DNA from: Candidatus Microgenomates bacterium
Lineage (GTDB): Bacteria; Patescibacteriota; Microgenomatia; UBA8517
Assembly (NCBI GenBank): GCA_049519355.1
Contig: JBEKQV010000001.1
Location: 64,688-128,687 of the forward strand
Reading direction: 5' to 3'
DNA: 64,000 nucleotides
The position numbers and the translations under genes are program-made. Below are positions 19,132-29,325 of the stretch, in pieces (within the stretch, counting starts at the first letter, position 1; each line of letters opens with the position of its first letter). The notes below the pieces were generated by a model. It searched no databases, was not told the DNA's origin, and worked only from the letters and a program-made list of their open reading frames with translations.

Positions 19132-19617
19132 TTAAGGAGTTACCTGAACTTTGGAAACGTCCATCAACCATCCTGCCTTTTTCGAAGCTAAAGTTTCACC
19201 CCAAACCTGAACTTTCTTGTTTAGAAACGAGCTCAGATCAACCACACTTGACGTTAAATAAACAAAGTTCACGGGGCCTGAATTGCGGTCAAGATGAAAT
19301 GTCCCTTCATTGCCAATTCCGCCTGCAAGTAGAGTCCCTGTCGCCGTATCATATTTAATATTCGGATCCAAAAATCCCGCACTATTTGAGGTTACCTTCG
19401 CACCGGGAGCGGCTTCGTTAGAACTTGTCTTTGCCGCATTGGCTGAAATCATCCATGCAGTACCTACTCCGACTAGAACAACAACCAATGCTCCTACAAT
19501 ATAAGGCCAAACCTTTTTAATGCCGCCTTTTGGAAAACTATTCATTATTGGAGCAACCGGACTTTGAGGATTCATAACCACAATATAACACCTAAAAAAC
19601 CGAAAAAGCAAATGCAA
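19132..19617 (-). CDS. hypothetical membrane-anchored protein
   Basis: 161 aa, one N-terminal TM helix. Confidence 0.3.
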   Translation of the reverse strand: MHLLFRFFRCYIVVMNPQSPVAPIMNSFPKGGIKKVWPYIVGALVVVLVGVGTAWMISANAAKTSSNEAAPGAKVTSNSAGFLDPNIKYDTATGTLLAGGIGNEGTFHLDRNSGPVNFVYLTSSVVDLSSFLNKKVQVWGETLASKKAGWLMDVSKVQVTP

Positions 19618-19620
19618 AAA

Positions 19621-20688
19621 TTAAAGTTTCAGCTCGGCATCAATGAACTCATCAATTTCTCCGTCAAGAACGGCGTCCGTGTTTCCTGTTTCAACATTGG
19701 TGCGAAGATCTTTAACCATCTTGTATGGGTGGAGAACATAACTACGGATCTGTGTTCCCCAGGAAGCGGGACGGTAATCGCCTTTTAGTTCTTTTTTTAA
19801 ACCTTTCGCCACTTCCTGCTCAAGTAGCCATAATTTTCCACGGAGAAGCTCTAAGGCAATTTTTCTGTTTTGTTCTTGAAAACGCTCTGACGAGGCAGTA
19901 ATAACAATACCTGTCGGAATATGTGTAAGCCTCACCGCCGTGGCAACTTTATTAACATTCTGACCACCGTGTCCACCTGCATGAATAAATTGCCAATCCA
20001 GGTCTTCATCTTTAATTTTTATATCCTTAAGATCAACATCGGCTAGTTCTGGCATAACTTCAACTAATGCAAATGAGGTTTGTCTAAGTTTATCCGCATT
20101 GAACGGAGACTGCCTAACAAGTCTGTGTGTTCCGGCTTCACCTTTGAGATAACCGTAGGCATAGTGTCCGGAAACTTTAAAAGTAACACTTTTTATCCCC
20201 GCTTCCTCGCCTGCCGTGTAGTCCAAAGTTTCTGTTGTCCAGCCTCTACGTTCACAGAACCGAAGGTACATCCGGTATAGCATCTGTGTCCAATCCATTG
20301 CCTCGGTTCCTCCCTGACCGGCATGAATTGAGAGAAGGGCGTTTTTGACATCGTATTCCCCCGAAAGATAAGACATCAGTTCGAGCTTATTTAAGTTTTT
20401 TTCAGCTTGTCTAACCTCAGCTTCATCCGGAACTTCTTTTAGAATACTCAACGTTTCCGAAAGATCATTTATTTCCTTAACCTCTTTGACTAAATCCGAG
20501 AGTTCCTGAGTAACGGACCTGGCGGTTTGAGGATCGTTCCAAAGCGTAGGCTCCGCAGCTTTAGCTTCAAGTTCCTCTATTTTTTTCTTTTTATCACTTA
20601 ATTTTACCGCAACAATAAGTTTTTCCAGACGATCAACCAACGACTGTACCTTCTGTTTAATGTCTTCCATATACTTGAAGTATACCAA
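19621..20688 (-). CDS. prfB: peptide chain release factor 2
   Basis: GGQ motif (HAGGHGGQNVNKV) and SPF tripeptide (RQSPFNAD); single continuous ORF without the programmed +1 frameshift. Confidence 0.9.
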   Translation of the reverse strand: MVYFKYMEDIKQKVQSLVDRLEKLIVAVKLSDKKKKIEELEAKAAEPTLWNDPQTARSVTQELSDLVKEVKEINDLSETLSILKEVPDEAEVRQAEKNLNKLELMSYLSGEYDVKNALLSIHAGQGGTEAMDWTQMLYRMYLRFCERRGWTTETLDYTAGEEAGIKSVTFKVSGHYAYGYLKGEAGTHRLVRQSPFNADKLRQTSFALVEVMPELADVDLKDIKIKDEDLDWQFIHAGGHGGQNVNKVATAVRLTHIPTGIVITASSERFQEQNRKIALELLRGKLWLLEQEVAKGLKKELKGDYRPASWGTQIRSYVLHPYKMVKDLRTNVETGNTDAVLDGEIDEFIDAELKL

Positions 20689-20704
20689 AGAGGCTCCAAT
20701 AGTG

Positions 20705-21166
20705 TTACGGTTGGCAAAAGATTGTTTTAATTTGCTTTATATCCGTAGGGTTCATACTTTGAAGAAGTTCTATTGCTCCCGTAACCGTTGTATTTTCCTT
20801 AACGGCAGATGAGGGTTCCTGACTGCTTACTCCGAGAACCTGAATCAACTTACTTCTGCCGGCATCAAGGGCTACAGAAATAGGAGCCGGTGGATTCTTC
20901 CAACCCAAAACGCTGGTTAAGGCGGTACGTCCCCCTATTATTAAAAACCCTTCCAAAATTAATGCCAGCAAAAAACCGAATAAAGTTCCAAAAATAGCTC
21001 CTTTTAGTGACCAATCAACATAGTGTCGTCTAAATTGAGCCATAACCAGGACAAGAAGAAAAATTAAAAAAATAACTGCAGCCGCTTCAATATAAGTAAC
21101 AGGAAGGGAAAACTTTCCAAAACTCAAGTTGAAATATCCAGAACCAACTTTGGCAAGGTTACTCAC
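20705..21166 (-). CDS. hypothetical membrane protein
   Basis: 153 aa, 3-4 TM helices. Confidence 0.3.
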   Translation of the reverse strand: MSNLAKVGSGYFNLSFGKFSLPVTYIEAAAVIFLIFLLVLVMAQFRRHYVDWSLKGAIFGTLFGFLLALILEGFLIIGGRTALTSVLGWKNPPAPISVALDAGRSKLIQVLGVSSQEPSSAVKENTTVTGAIELLQSMNPTDIKQIKTIFCQP

Positions 21167-21192
21167 GGCAATTTATTGTACCACAGGAAGAA

Positions 21193-21888
21193 TTACGGGG
21201 TAGATGTCGGGGTTGAGGTTGGTGCGATCGTCGCTGTTGGGGTAGCTGCCGGAGTTGCTGATGGCTTAGCTGTTGCTCCTTTTCTCAGTCCAGTAACAAT
21301 TACTACATCATAAGTTGTACTCACTGATGCGGAAGTGGTTACGCTTTGGTAAATCGAATTCAGTTTGTTTGTGATCTCGGTCACGGCATCGCTTGAAAGC
21401 GAACTGGAAAAACTAACTTGTGTTGCAGTCAAATTTTGCTGACTAGAATTACCAACAACGATATTGGTATATCCTAAACCTTTGAGTTGAGTTTGAAGAT
21501 AAGCTGCCTCACCTGTTATCCCTGTTCCGTTTTGAACCTGAATTTTGACACCCGACCTGTTGATTGTTGCTGTAGGAGAAGGAACCGGGGTGGGGGCAGT
21601 TTGTTCTTGCGACGGATTGGTTAAATTATCAAACGGGGAGGGCTGTGTCAAAGTAGTTTCACTTTTACTTGTCGCACTTTTATAAATTACGAAACCTAAA
21701 ATTCCTACTAAAATTAAAACCCCTACAATTAAAAGGGTTTTTGCTCCACCCGACTTTTTTGGCTCTCCAACTGTGGGGAAAGAAACTCCCTGTGTAGCAG
21801 GAGTAGGATTGACTTCCTTTGGAGTTTGTTGAGTCTGTGTTTCCTGATTTTGGCTGTCTTCCATATTGGTGTCGCAGTATAAGCGCAC
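21193..21888 (-). CDS. membrane-anchored LytR_C (LytR/CpsA/Psr C-terminal) domain protein
   Basis: VKIQVQNGTGITGEAAYLQTQLKGLGYTNIVVGN matches LytR_C; N-terminal TM; T/P-rich low-complexity tail. Confidence 0.55.
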   Translation of the reverse strand: MRLYCDTNMEDSQNQETQTQQTPKEVNPTPATQGVSFPTVGEPKKSGGAKTLLIVGVLILVGILGFVIYKSATSKSETTLTQPSPFDNLTNPSQEQTAPTPVPSPTATINRSGVKIQVQNGTGITGEAAYLQTQLKGLGYTNIVVGNSSQQNLTATQVSFSSSLSSDAVTEITNKLNSIYQSVTTSASVSTTYDVVIVTGLRKGATAKPSATPAATPTATIAPTSTPTSTP

Positions 21889-21896
21889 AAATTACT

Positions 21897-22994
21897 TTAT
21901 GTCAAGTGCTTCCGAAGTTTTTCCATAAGGATGGAGTAAAAACGTAAATTATGAATAGTTGCCAAGCGTCCAGCAGTAAAATCGTCAATTCTGAAAAGAT
22001 GCGCTAAGTATGCTTTCGAATATCTTTTACAAAGCATACAATCGCATGCAAGACTCACAGGAGAAATATCCGAAAGGTATTCTTCTTTGTCGGGTCGATA
22101 GAAAGAGTAAAAACCAGATTTTCCGATATCTATTTTATCAATCGATTCGAAATTGAATACATAAAGTCTTCCGTGTCTTGCGTCACGGGTTGGCAAAACA
22201 CAGTCAAAAATGTTATATCCCAATTTTACACAGTTAACTACGTCATCGGGCTTGCCAACTCCAAGTCCGTAGAGAAAATAATTTTCGGGAGCACATTCGG
22301 CAATGGTTCTTGCCGAAATTAAATCAAATTTTCCTTCTTCTGTAATTGGCCAACCGCCATAACCGAACCCATCAAATCCTATTCTGACAAGCTCCTCCGC
22401 ACAAAATTTTCTTAAATCCTGGAACTGCCCACCTTGGACAACACCTAAAATATATGGCCGCTTTTCTTTGGTAAGTTTCTTTTCTTTACAAATTTTTAGA
22501 TACTCTTTTTTACTCCTTTCCGCCCAAGCAATTGTTCTAATAATCGATTCTTTAGCTTCATCATAACCGACTTCGGGATCGGTAAAATCGTCGAGGACTA
22601 CAACCATATCCGCGTTTAAACTCATTTGAAATCGGATCGATTTTTCAGGGGTCAAAATAACCTTTTTGTTTTTTGAAGGATAAAAAATCACACCTTCGTC
22701 AGTAATTTTTCCTTTTATTTCACCTGACTTAATCACGGACATTACTTGAAAACCTCCCGAATCCGAAATGATTCCGCCGTTCCAAGACATAAATTTTCCT
22801 ATTCCCTCGAAGCTTTTTAAAATATTGTCGTCTAGCTCCTGCCATAAGTGAAATGTGTTAACCAAAATTCCCAGGGTTTTCGTAATCTCAAGGTCAGAAG
22901 TATCAAGGGAACGGACAACTGCACGGGTTGCGTCAGGAAAAAATACAGGGAGAGAAATATTTCCGTTTCTGGACTTAAAAAATTTTCGCGTCAT
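21897..22994 (-). CDS. tgt: queuine tRNA-ribosyltransferase (tRNA-guanine transglycosylase)
   Basis: FPDATRAVVRSLD...GGFQVMS...VLPTRDARHGRLY and C-terminal Zn site CDCMLC...H. Confidence 0.85.
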   Translation of the reverse strand: MTRKFFKSRNGNISLPVFFPDATRAVVRSLDTSDLEITKTLGILVNTFHLWQELDDNILKSFEGIGKFMSWNGGIISDSGGFQVMSVIKSGEIKGKITDEGVIFYPSKNKKVILTPEKSIRFQMSLNADMVVVLDDFTDPEVGYDEAKESIIRTIAWAERSKKEYLKICKEKKLTKEKRPYILGVVQGGQFQDLRKFCAEELVRIGFDGFGYGGWPITEEGKFDLISARTIAECAPENYFLYGLGVGKPDDVVNCVKLGYNIFDCVLPTRDARHGRLYVFNFESIDKIDIGKSGFYSFYRPDKEEYLSDISPVSLACDCMLCKRYSKAYLAHLFRIDDFTAGRLATIHNLRFYSILMEKLRKHLT

Positions 22995-23494
22995 TCAACG
23001 TTCAGGAGTTCTACTTCAAAAATTAAGGTTGAATTAGGTGGAATTGAACCAACCGTCTGTGAACCATATCCCAGACTTGGCGGAATTGTTAATTTCCTTT
23101 TACCCCCGACTTTCATTCCAACGACACCCTGATCCCAACCCTGAATTACTTCACCTGCTCCCAAATTAAATGTAAACGGTTGGTTTCTGTCATAAGAACT
23201 GTCAAATTTTATTCCGTCGGTTAAAGTTCCGATATAATTTACTGTTACACTTTTCCCGGCAACCGCTTCGACACCGGTTCCCACTACTTCGTCTTGAATT
23301 TGTAATCCATTTTCCATTGTTACTGTTTGTGCAGAGCTTGTGGCAACCGGCTCTGTCGTTCCAATTGTAGCAGCGGGAGAAGCCGTTGCCAACGTCTGTT
23401 TTTTAGAAGGGCCTTTGGTTGCAAAAACCGCAATTCCCCCAACCACAACCAAAATTACAAGAAAAATTGTTACGTATAAATAATTTCTGTTCAC
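22991..23494 (-). CDS. FKBP-type peptidyl-prolyl cis-trans isomerase, membrane anchored
   Basis: VTVNYIGTLTDGIKFDSSYDRNQPFTFNLGAGEVIQGWDQGVVGMKVGGKRKLTIPP canonical FKBP domain. Confidence 0.8.
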   Translation of the reverse strand: MNRNYLYVTIFLVILVVVGGIAVFATKGPSKKQTLATASPAATIGTTEPVATSSAQTVTMENGLQIQDEVVGTGVEAVAGKSVTVNYIGTLTDGIKFDSSYDRNQPFTFNLGAGEVIQGWDQGVVGMKVGGKRKLTIPPSLGYGSQTVGSIPPNSTLIFEVELLNVE

Positions 23495-23512
23495 GAAGTG
23501 ATTATATCAAAT

Positions 23513-26227
23513 TTAATTTGGCGGCAACTGGGGATAGTGACATTTTTTCCACTTCTTTCCGCTTCCGCACCAGCAAGGGTCATTGCGTCCAATTTTACGA
23601 AGAGTAACAGGTTGTGATGGAAAAGCTTTTTCACCTGATTTTGCTGTTTCGTCTGCATTTCCGGCCAACCCCGTCGTATCAGATTTGTCCAAGTTTTCGC
23701 GGGCCATGCTTAAAGGAATTTCAGGCTGAGGCATTGCAACCCCAATCCTAAAAATCCTGTGGGAAAGCTCCTCATCAATTTTATCAACAAGATTTTCAAA
23801 CATGTTATAGGCTTCATTCTTAAATTCAACCAAAGGATCCCTTTGGCCATAAGCCCTAAGGGTTACTCCTTCCCTCAAATCATCTATATGATCAATGTGA
23901 TCCATCCAAAGATGGTCGATTGAACCCAGATAGGCAAATTTCTCGACTTCACGCATTACCGGACTCCCCAAACTCTTTTCTCTTTTTTCGTAGACATCCA
24001 TAAGCACTTTATTCAAAAATTCCTGAACCTCCGTCTCATGCTTTTGCTTCTTTATTTCCCCCTCAACCCTCTTTAAAGAATTGTCATCAAAAGGAATCAT
24101 TTCGGCCAACCCAACCGTCAATTTTTCATAATCAAAGTTTTCATCAATTTCGGATTTACCCAGAAGTATGGTCTTTTCTATTTGGTGTTGCAGTTTTTCC
24201 TGGACCTCGGATTTAACATCTTTTGATTCCAGAATACGCCGTCTGAGTTTATAAATAATATCCCTTTGTTGGTTAGCAACATCATCAAATTCAACCAGTC
24301 GCTTTCTTATATCGAAATGGAACCCTTCAACCTTCACTTGTGCCTGTTCAATGGCACGACCGATTAATGAATTTTCAATCGGTTGATCCTCAGGAAGATT
24401 AAGTCTATCCATAATTCCGCTTATTTGTTCACCTCCAAAAATTCTCATAAGATCATCCTCAAGCGACAGATAAAACCGGGAAGAACCGGGATCTCCTTGA
24501 CGACCCGAGCGACCTCTAAGCTGATTATCAACACGTCGGGCTTCATGGCGTTCGGTTCCGATTACATGAAGTCCACCGGATTTTACAACTTGCGCGTGCT
24601 GTCCTTCCCACTTTTTGTATTCTTTTGTTTTTGTAAATACTTCATTGGAAATTCCAGCTTTTCTGTCCGGCATAGCACCTCCAAGGACGATATCAACACC
24701 GCGTCCTGCCATGTTGGTTGCAACCGTAACTCCCCCAGGCTTTCCTGCCTCGGCAATAATTTCCGCTTCCCGTTCGTGGTTTTTAGCATTTAAAACATTG
24801 TGGGGAACTTTTTTACGCTTTAGATATTCAGAAATAATTTCGTTTTTTTCAATCGAAGTTGTACCCACAAGAACCGGCTGGCCTTTTTTGTAACACTCGG
24901 ATATTTCTTCTACCAAGGCGCCGTATTTTCCTCTCAAGGTCTTGTAGATCACATCACCATAATCTTTTCTGACCATCGGTTTATTGGTTGGAACCGCAAT
25001 CACTTCGAGTTTGTAAATTTTTCTAAATTCCTCCGCCTCGGTCGCAGCTGTTCCGGTCATACCTGCAAGGTGCTCGTACATTCTGAAGTAATTTTGAAAA
25101 GAAATTGTTGCTAAGGTTTTGCTTTCCTGCTGGATTGTTACGCCCTCTTTTGCTTCCACCGCCTGATGAAGTCCGTCACTCCAACGCCGGCCTACCATAA
25201 GCCTTCCGGTAAATTCATCAACAATCGTTACCTGATTATCTTTGACAACATAATCCTTGTCACGAAGGTATAAAGTTTTAGCTCGAAGTGCATTTTCAAT
25301 ATGATGAATTGAGTCAAAATCTTTCTCATATAAATTATCTACTCCGAGTATCTTTTCTACTCGAGTAATTCCTGTTTCCGTCAGTGTCGCACTCTTTGCC
25401 TTCTCATCAATTTTAAAATCAGTATCGGGATTGAGCTTCTCGACGAGCGAGGCAAATTTATAATATTTTTGTGTCGGCTCCGTGTCGGGAGCAGAAATAA
25501 TAAGTGGAGTCCGGGCTTCATCAATTAAAATAGAATCAACCTCATCAACAATTGCAAAGTAATGTCCTCTTTGAACCATCTCAGCCAAATTCGAAACCAT
25601 ATTGTCACGCAAATAGTCAAAACCAAATTCATTATTAGTTCCGTACAAAATATCACTTTGGTAGGCAAGTTTTCTTTCGGCAGGTTTAAGATGAGCAAGC
25701 CTTTCATCTCCATGACTCAAATCTGTAAATTCAGGATCATAAACAAAAGATTTTGTTTCCTGAATAATAGAACCAACCGTCATCCCGAGTAAATGAAAAA
25801 CAGGAGCATTCCATCCTGCGTCACGTCTGGCCAAATAATCATTAACCGTTACAAGGTGGGCACCACGACCGGTTAAAGCATGTAGATACATCGCCGGAAC
25901 GGCCGATAAAGTTTTACCTTCACCTGTTTTCTGCTCCGCAACTTTGCCTTCAAAAAGGGCAACGGCAGCCATAAGCTGGACATCGTAATGGCGCATTCCC
26001 AAAACCCGATACGAAGCTTCCCTAACAACCGCATAAGCTTCGGGCAAAATTTCGTCTAATGTTTCACCTTTTTCCAAACGTTTTTTAAACTCTTCGGTTT
26101 TTTTCTTAAAATCGGTGTCTTTAAGTTTTCTTACCTTTGGCTCAAATGTGTTAATTTTATCAACGATTTTCGCAAGCCTATCAACTTCCCGGGCATTTAA
26201 ATCTAGAATTCTGGAAAAAATATTCAT
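23513..26227 (-). CDS. secA: preprotein translocase ATPase SecA
   Basis: 904 aa with DEAD-like motor motifs and C-terminal Zn finger CWCGSGKKWKKCH. Confidence 0.95.
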   Translation of the reverse strand: MNIFSRILDLNAREVDRLAKIVDKINTFEPKVRKLKDTDFKKKTEEFKKRLEKGETLDEILPEAYAVVREASYRVLGMRHYDVQLMAAVALFEGKVAEQKTGEGKTLSAVPAMYLHALTGRGAHLVTVNDYLARRDAGWNAPVFHLLGMTVGSIIQETKSFVYDPEFTDLSHGDERLAHLKPAERKLAYQSDILYGTNNEFGFDYLRDNMVSNLAEMVQRGHYFAIVDEVDSILIDEARTPLIISAPDTEPTQKYYKFASLVEKLNPDTDFKIDEKAKSATLTETGITRVEKILGVDNLYEKDFDSIHHIENALRAKTLYLRDKDYVVKDNQVTIVDEFTGRLMVGRRWSDGLHQAVEAKEGVTIQQESKTLATISFQNYFRMYEHLAGMTGTAATEAEEFRKIYKLEVIAVPTNKPMVRKDYGDVIYKTLRGKYGALVEEISECYKKGQPVLVGTTSIEKNEIISEYLKRKKVPHNVLNAKNHEREAEIIAEAGKPGGVTVATNMAGRGVDIVLGGAMPDRKAGISNEVFTKTKEYKKWEGQHAQVVKSGGLHVIGTERHEARRVDNQLRGRSGRQGDPGSSRFYLSLEDDLMRIFGGEQISGIMDRLNLPEDQPIENSLIGRAIEQAQVKVEGFHFDIRKRLVEFDDVANQQRDIIYKLRRRILESKDVKSEVQEKLQHQIEKTILLGKSEIDENFDYEKLTVGLAEMIPFDDNSLKRVEGEIKKQKHETEVQEFLNKVLMDVYEKREKSLGSPVMREVEKFAYLGSIDHLWMDHIDHIDDLREGVTLRAYGQRDPLVEFKNEAYNMFENLVDKIDEELSHRIFRIGVAMPQPEIPLSMARENLDKSDTTGLAGNADETAKSGEKAFPSQPVTLRKIGRNDPCWCGSGKKWKKCHYPQLPPN

Positions 26228-26254
26228 ATCGTTCTTATTGTATCAGGTTTAAGC

Positions 26255-26866
26255 CTATTCCGAACAAAGAAACATTAAATTAGCCTCGGGGTAAAAATAC
26301 TCCACATGACTGAAGATTTTCTGAAGCTTCAGGCCAAATTTAACCGCCTCCAGGCGCTTGTCACCGTAATAAGTTCGATTAAACACTGCAGTTCCCCCAT
26401 CCTCAAGCGAGTTTTTTACTTTACTAAGAAATTTCGGATCCATAAATTTTTCGGGAAATTTACCTCCGTTATAAAGATCAATTATTATCAAATCGAATTT
26501 TCCAACAAATTTAGTCGCATCCTGAATTTTTATGTCAACTCCAACCTGATCCAGGCCTAAATATTTCTTCCCCAGTGCAACCATTTCCGGATCGATATCA
26601 ATTCCCGTTATTTTTGCCTCTGACCAAAAAAGTCTTATGTATTTTGCCGCTGTTCCTCCCCCGAGACCAAGAATTAAACAACTTTTAATGATTAACTGTT
26701 CACTCTTAACCTTTTTCAAAGTCGGTTTCCAAATTACACCCACAATTCCACCCGATTGAGTAAGTCCATCAGCTTGAATATAGGTTCCGAATCCCAAACT
26801 TCTGGAAACTTTAAGATGCCCGTTATATTCTGATTCCCGCTCTTCCAAAACTTTTGTCCCAAGCAT
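26255..26866 (-). CDS. spermidine synthase (PABS)-like methyltransferase-fold protein
   Basis: LILGLGGGTAAKYI...ITGIDIDPEMV...LIIIDLYNG pattern resembles PABS catalytic region. Confidence 0.45.
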   Translation of the reverse strand: MLGTKVLEERESEYNGHLKVSRSLGFGTYIQADGLTQSGGIVGVIWKPTLKKVKSEQLIIKSCLILGLGGGTAAKYIRLFWSEAKITGIDIDPEMVALGKKYLGLDQVGVDIKIQDATKFVGKFDLIIIDLYNGGKFPEKFMDPKFLSKVKNSLEDGGTAVFNRTYYGDKRLEAVKFGLKLQKIFSHVEYFYPEANLMFLCSE

Positions 26867-26914
26867 AACCTGATTATACTTGTTTCGGTTTTTATTTGGG
26901 ATTAGAATAGCTTC

Positions 26915-28084
26915 ATGGCAAACATTCCTCTTCCCGAACTACTTCGGCCCAAAACTCTAAAGGATTTTGTTGGCCAGGAAAATCTGGTTGGCAGCGATGG
27001 CATAATCCGGAAGCTTCTCGACAATTCGAAAACGGATAACTTTTTTCCATCCTTAATTTTTTGGGGTCCTCCCGGTTCAGGGAAAACAACTCTGGCTCGA
27101 ATTATCGCCAATACTTTAAAAAGGGAATTTTTCGAATTTTCGGCAGTAAACACTAAAGTTAAGGATATTGAGGTTCTTATAAGTGATCAAAAGCAATTGA
27201 AGTTAATTAATTCACCAATCATCTTCCTTGATGAAATTCATAGATTTAATAAAGCTCAGCAGGACAAACTTCTTCCACATGTCGAACATGGCGATATAAT
27301 TTTAATCGGCGCCACAACCGAAAACCCTTCTTTCGAAGTGATCGGGCCGCTTCTCTCCCGTTGCCGGGTCCTAATTCTTAACCAGCTAACCGAAAAAGAT
27401 TTACTGAAAATTTTGGGAAGAGCGCTTAAACATGTAAAGAAAAAATTGGGAAAAGAGGCAGAAAAATTTTTACTTGAAGCCGCAAACGGAGATGCGCGAG
27501 TAATGTTGAATGTTTTGGAAATTGCAGCAAGCTTGGTTAAAACTCCAACCATAAAAATTCCCGATCTTGAAACCGCTTTGCAAAGAAGGCAATACACTTT
27601 TGATAAGAGAGGTGAAGATTTTTACAACGTAATTTCGGCATTTATTAAATCGATGAGAGCGAGTGATGTTGACTCGGCGCTTTATTATTTAGCGCGGATG
27701 GTTGCCGCGGGCCAGGACCCGCTTTATATTGCCCGCAGGATGGTTGTGTTCGCTTCAGAGGACGTCGCAAGTCCTACCGCACTGGTTGTTGCCAACTCGG
27801 TTTTTCAGGCATGCAATGAAATTGGTTATCCGGAATGTCAGGAAAATCTGGCGGCTGGAGTAGTATACCTTGCCACCGCCAAAAAAGACCGCTCGGCATA
27901 TGAGGCATATATGGAAGCTTTATCCGATGTAAACAAATATGGCAATCTTCCGGTCCCTCTAAAAATTCGGAATCCCGTAACAAAATTAATGAAAGAGGTC
28001 GGCTACGGCGAAGGCTACGAAAAATACGATACAGAAAGCTATCTACCTGTAAAACTCCAAGGAAAAAAATACTTCAAATCCTAG
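26915..28084 (+). CDS. rarA: replication-associated recombination protein A (AAA+ ATPase)
   Basis: LRPKTLKDFVGQENL...FWGPPGSGKTTLARII...DEIHRFNKAQQD typical RarA/MgsA. Confidence 0.85.
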   Translation: MANIPLPELLRPKTLKDFVGQENLVGSDGIIRKLLDNSKTDNFFPSLIFWGPPGSGKTTLARIIANTLKREFFEFSAVNTKVKDIEVLISDQKQLKLINSPIIFLDEIHRFNKAQQDKLLPHVEHGDIILIGATTENPSFEVIGPLLSRCRVLILNQLTEKDLLKILGRALKHVKKKLGKEAEKFLLEAANGDARVMLNVLEIAASLVKTPTIKIPDLETALQRRQYTFDKRGEDFYNVISAFIKSMRASDVDSALYYLARMVAAGQDPLYIARRMVVFASEDVASPTALVVANSVFQACNEIGYPECQENLAAGVVYLATAKKDRSAYEAYMEALSDVNKYGNLPVPLKIRNPVTKLMKEVGYGEGYEKYDTESYLPVKLQGKKYFKS

Positions 28085-29324
28085 CTTCAATCTTTTCTTT
28101 CCCCATCCATTTTTGAAGAACTTTAGGGATAGCCACCGAACCGTCTTTTTGCTGGAAGTTTTCCAAAATTGCCAAAGGAACTCTTGAAGTTACAATTGCT
28201 GTACCATTTAACATGTGAACGTATTCCGTTTCTCCAGTTTTTCTTCTGAACTTTATATTTAAATTTCTGGCCTGATAATCGGTGCAGTTTGAAGTTGAGG
28301 TTACCTCTCCATAATCTTTTCTTCCCGGCATCCAGGCCTCAACATCAAATTTTCTGGCGGCCATAGCTCCCAAATCCCCAGTACACATTTCAACTACGCG
28401 GTAAGGAAGACCAAGTTCCTGATAAATTTCCTCTTCCATCTTCAAAATATATTCGTGGAATTTGGCCGATTCTTCGGGTAGACAGTAAATAAACATTTCG
28501 GCTTTTGTAAATTCGTGAACACGATATAAACCTTTTGAATATTTACCGTAAGCTCCCGCTTCCTGTCTGAAACAATGAGAATAACCGATATATTTCAGGG
28601 GAAGTTTTTCTTCGAGAATAACTTCATCGGCGTGGCTTCCGGCCAAAGTGACCTCAGCAGTAGCTATTAGTCCCAAATCCTGCCCTTCAATTGTATAGGT
28701 CTGGGCTTCATTTCCCTTTGGTGTATAACCCGTGCCAAGATAATATCGACTTTTTGCTAAATCGGGAGTAATTACGGGCAGAAATCCGACTTTTGAAAGT
28801 TTTTCAAAAGCAAAATGAATTAGTGCCAGTTCCAGTAGAGCACCGTCGCCGTAAAGAAAATAAAATTGCGAACCTGTTACTTTTGCTCCCGTTTCAAAAT
28901 CCAGAATCCCTAAATCTTTTCCAAGCTGCAAATGATCTTTGGGTTCAAAACTAAATTTTGTCGGTGTTCCCCATTTTCTAATCTCTTTGTTGTCTTTCTC
29001 ACTTTTTCCGATTGGGACATTCTTCAACGGAAGGTTGGGAATTTTAAATAGAAGCTCTCTATATTCCGATTCAACTTTCGCTTGTTCAGGTTCTTTATCC
29101 TTAAGTTCCTCTTTGATTTTCTTACCTTCTTCCGAGGGTTTTTTCTCTTCGGCAATCTTATTGCGTTTGGCACGAAGGCTTTCAATTTCTAAAATCATTT
29201 TCCTTCGCTTCTCGTCAAGTTCCAAAACTTTATCAATCAAGGACGGGTCAAATTGTTTGTCAGCAACACCCTTTTTAACGGCGTCTTTGTTTTCGCGAAT
29301 GAAGTTAATATCAAGCATAAACAA
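28074..29324 (-). CDS. serS: seryl-tRNA synthetase
   Basis: N-terminal coiled-coil arm (with a K/E-rich insertion) and class II core (...MCTGDLGAMAARKFDVEAWMPG...). Confidence 0.9.
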   Translation of the reverse strand: MFMLDINFIRENKDAVKKGVADKQFDPSLIDKVLELDEKRRKMILEIESLRAKRNKIAEEKKPSEEGKKIKEELKDKEPEQAKVESEYRELLFKIPNLPLKNVPIGKSEKDNKEIRKWGTPTKFSFEPKDHLQLGKDLGILDFETGAKVTGSQFYFLYGDGALLELALIHFAFEKLSKVGFLPVITPDLAKSRYYLGTGYTPKGNEAQTYTIEGQDLGLIATAEVTLAGSHADEVILEEKLPLKYIGYSHCFRQEAGAYGKYSKGLYRVHEFTKAEMFIYCLPEESAKFHEYILKMEEEIYQELGLPYRVVEMCTGDLGAMAARKFDVEAWMPGRKDYGEVTSTSNCTDYQARNLNIKFRRKTGETEYVHMLNGTAIVTSRVPLAILENFQQKDGSVAIPKVLQKWMGKEKIEARI

Positions 29325-29325
29325 A

